From positions 60,672,001 through 60,736,000 of the forward strand of contig CP086569.2 in NCBI GenBank assembly GCA_009914755.4: DNA of 64,000 nt. The letters run 5' to 3'. How positions within the stretch are numbered: position 1 is the first letter of the stretch; each line of letters starts with the position of its first letter. A model generated the notes under the pieces. It saw nothing but the letters and a program-made list of their open reading frames with translations. It did not search any database and was not told the origin of the DNA. Shown in pieces: positions 61,638 through 64,000 of the stretch. The position numbers were made by a program, and so were the translations under genes. Source of the stretch: the human T2T-CHM13v2.0 reference genome, Homo sapiens.

Positions 61638-64000
61638 GGACTCGTTTGGAATGGTCTAGTATGCAATGCAATAGACTGGCAGGGAATCAAAAGGAATGTA
61701 ATCGAATGGATTGGACTGGAATGCAATGGACTCGAATAGATTGGAAACGGAAAGCAAAGGAATGGAATGGAATAGTATGGAATGGAATGCAAAGGAATGG
61801 AGTGGAATAGACTAGAGTGGAATGGAATGGACTCGGAAGCAATGGACTGGAATGGAACTTTCTTGAATGGACTGGAATCAAACGGAATGGAATGCAATGC
61901 AATCAAATGGCATGGAATAAAATAGAATGAAAGAGAATCAAATGGAATTGAATCGAATGGAATCGAATGGATTGGAAAGGAATAGAATGGAATGGAATGG
62001 AATTGACTCAAATGGAATGGACTAGAATGGAATGGATTCGAATGGAAGGCAAAGGAATGGAATCTATTGGAATGGACTGTAATGGAATGGAATGGAAGGG
62101 ATTGGAATGGACTCGAATGGAATGGACTGCAGTAGAAAGGATTCGAATGGAATGAAAAAGAATTGAATGGAATAGAACAGAATGGAATCAAATCGAATGA
62201 AATGGAATGGAATAGAAAGGAATGGAATGAAATGGAATGGAAAGGATTCGAATGGAATGCAATCGAATGGAATGAAATCGAATGGAATGGAATCGAACGG
62301 AATGGAATAAAATGGAAGAAAACTGGCAAGAAATGGAATCGAAATGAATGGAGTGTTATGGAACGGACTCAAAAGGAATTGAATGTAATAGAATGGAGTG
62401 GAGTGGACTCGAATATAATGGACTAGAATGGAATGAAATCACATGGAATGGGAACGAATGGAATGGAATGGAAAGGAATGGAATCGAATGGAAACGAATC
62501 GAATGGAAGGGAATGAAATTGAATCAACAGGAATGGAAGGGAGTAGAATAGACGGTAATGGAATGGACTCGAATAGAATGGACACGAATGCTCAAATTGA
62601 ATGGACTCGAATGGAATGTCAACGAAAGGAATGTCATCGAATGGAATTGAATCGATTGGAATGAAATCACATAGAATGGAGTGGAATCAAATGGAATTGA
62701 ATCGAAAGGAAAGGAAGCGAATGGACTGAAATGAAATGGAATGGAATTGAATGGAAATTAATGCAATGGAATAGAATGGAACGAAATTTCACGGAATGGA
62801 ATCAAACTGAATGGAATCAAATCAATGGAATATAATCAAATGGAATGGAAAGGAATTGAATGGAGTAGATTGGATTGGATGGGATTGGAATGAAATGTAC
62901 TGGAAAGGACTCGAATTTCATGAAACGGAATGGAATGAATTGGAACGGAATGGACTCGAATGGAATGGAATGTCATGGAATGGCATCAAATGGAATGGAA
63001 TCGAATGCGATGGAATGCTATGGAATGGAATGGAATGCATTGGAATGGAATGTCCTCTAATGGAATGTATTCGAGTGGAATGGAATCGAATATAATGGAG
63101 TCTAATGAAATGGAATTGAAAGGAATGGGACCGAATACAATGGAATAAACTGGAATGTAATGTAATGAACTCGAATGTAATTGACTGGAATGGAATGTAC
63201 ATGAATGGAATGTAATCGAATGGAAAGCAATCCAATGGAATAGAATCTAATGCAATAAAATCGACTCAAATAGAGTAGAATGTAATGGAATGGAGTGCAG
63301 TGCAATGGAATGGAATGGAATGCAATGGAATGGAATGGAATGGAATGGAATGGGATGGAATGGTATGGAATGGATAGTAATGGACTGGAGTGAAATGGAC
63401 TGGAAAAGAATGGACTCAAATTGAAAGGGCTCGAAAGGAATGGAGTCAAATGGAATGGTCTGGAATGGAATGAACACGAATGTAATGCAATCCAATAGAA
63501 TGGAATCGAATGGCATGGAATATAAAGAAATGGAATCGAAGAGAATGGAAACAAATGGAATGGAATTGAATGGAATGGAATTGAATGGAATGGGAACGAA
63601 TGGAGTGAAATTGTATGCAGTAGAAGAGAATAGAATGGAATGCAAGCGAAAGGAAAGGAATGGATTGGAATGGAATGGAATTCATTGGAATGGAAGGGAA
63701 TGTAGTGTAATGGACAGGCCTGGAATAAAGTGGAATGCTACGGTCTCGAATGGAATAAAAATGTATGGAATGGAATGCAATGAAACGGAATCGAATGTCA
63801 TAGAATGTAATGGAATGCAAAAAAATGGACTCCAAAATCATTGACTGGAAAGGCTGGGTGTCGAAAGGAATTGACTCCAATGGAATGGAATCGAATGGAA
63901 TGGAAGTGAATAGAATCGAACTAAATCGAATGGAATGGAATTGATAGGAACGGAATGGCAAGGAATGCAATGATTTGGCATGGAATGGAATCGAAAGGCA
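61638..64000 (+). repeat. DYZ1-type unit D8, partial, running off the window end
   Basis: Collinear with D7 and carries the same private variants. Confidence 0.9.

Larger units (their letters stand above)
34664..64000 (+). repeat. HSat3-type satellite array, with (GGAAT)n on the + strand and (ATTCC)n on the - strand. It is organised as ~3.54-kb higher-order units and matches DYZ1. About 8.7 units, running off the window end.
   Basis: Diverged GGAAT pentamers dominate throughout. The phase marker 'actc[gc]tttggaatggt[ct]tagtatgcaatgcaatcgactggca' recurs at 34666, 37445, 40989, 44537, 48101, 51064, 54602, 58141 and 61640. ORF-track peptides recur at the same spacings. A 3.56-kb pentanucleotide-based Y repeat is the classic description of DYZ1. 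Confidence 0.9.

Noticed and set aside
34700-64000. Dozens of 60-275-aa ORFs on both strands with repetitive MEWNGMEWN..., MESNG... and ...IPFHSIPFHS... translations
   Set aside because: They are reading-frame artefacts of a pentamer repeat. GGAATGGAATGGAAT read in three frames gives G-M-E-W-N cycles, and ATTCC on the other strand gives I-P-F-H-S cycles. Stop codons are rare only because TAA, TAG and TGA rarely arise in GGAAT-like pentamers. The ORFs overlap one another on both strands. Their lengths change with every 1-bp indel between units. The peptides have no plausible protein-like composition.
34664-64000. Alpha satellite or HSat2 as the identity of the GGAAT array
   Set aside because: No periodicity of about 171 bp is visible, which rules out alpha satellite. 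HSat2 is also derived from (CATTC)n but is organised around diverged 23-bp and 26-bp units containing 'ttcgattccattcgatgat'. Here clean GGAAT pentamers dominate, and the 3.54-3.56-kb higher-order unit matches HSat3/DYZ1. Some HSat2-like motifs ('aatcgaatgga') are present, so RepeatMasker may label parts as HSATII or as (GAATG)n. The distinction is a matter of degree and I could not compute it.
34664-64000. Canonical heat-shock elements within the pentamer array
   Set aside because: GAA modules are all in direct orientation at 5-bp spacing. The alternating nGAAnnTTCn arrangement of a true HSE is not present as a discrete site. Any HSF1 binding would come from array-scale avidity, which cannot be inferred from sequence alone.

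Overview
This window is not a gene-bearing or prokaryotic locus. It is primate, almost certainly human, constitutive heterochromatin made of two different long-period tandem satellite arrays that meet head-on.

(1) Positions 1-34663 hold about 15 tandem copies of a ~2.42-kb composite unit. Each unit has three parts. The first is a ~293-bp Alu in minus orientation, visible as a poly-T tail, 'agacagagtcttg', then 'gcctgagcca', with CpG decay. The second is a ~560-bp non-repetitive core. The third is a ~1.56-kb extremely AT-rich block. This architecture, a 2.4-kb AT-rich unit with one Alu per repeat, matches the Y-chromosome satellite DYZ2 (HSat1-type).

(2) Positions 34664-64000 hold about 8.7 tandem copies of a ~3.54-kb higher-order unit built almost entirely from diverged GGAAT pentamers on the + strand. 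This is HSat3-type and matches DYZ1, whose classic sequenced unit is 3564 bp. One unit here is exactly 3564 bp. The two arrays abut directly at about 34663/34664 with no spacer.

Both arrays are highly homogenized in their interiors and become diverged, truncated and deleted toward the junction. I find no credible protein-coding gene, RNA gene, CRISPR array or operon-like system. Every ORF in the supplied track is either a reading-frame artefact of the pentamer periodicity (MEWNG... and IPFHS... peptides) or a short ORF that recurs only because the DNA is tandemly repeated.

The interesting content is structural: the array junction, the edge-divergence gradient, homology-mediated intra-unit deletions that create variant-length units, and blocks of shared variants that record recent local duplication and homogenization. 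I could not run alignments, so unit boundaries are accurate to a few bp and identities are judged by eye.
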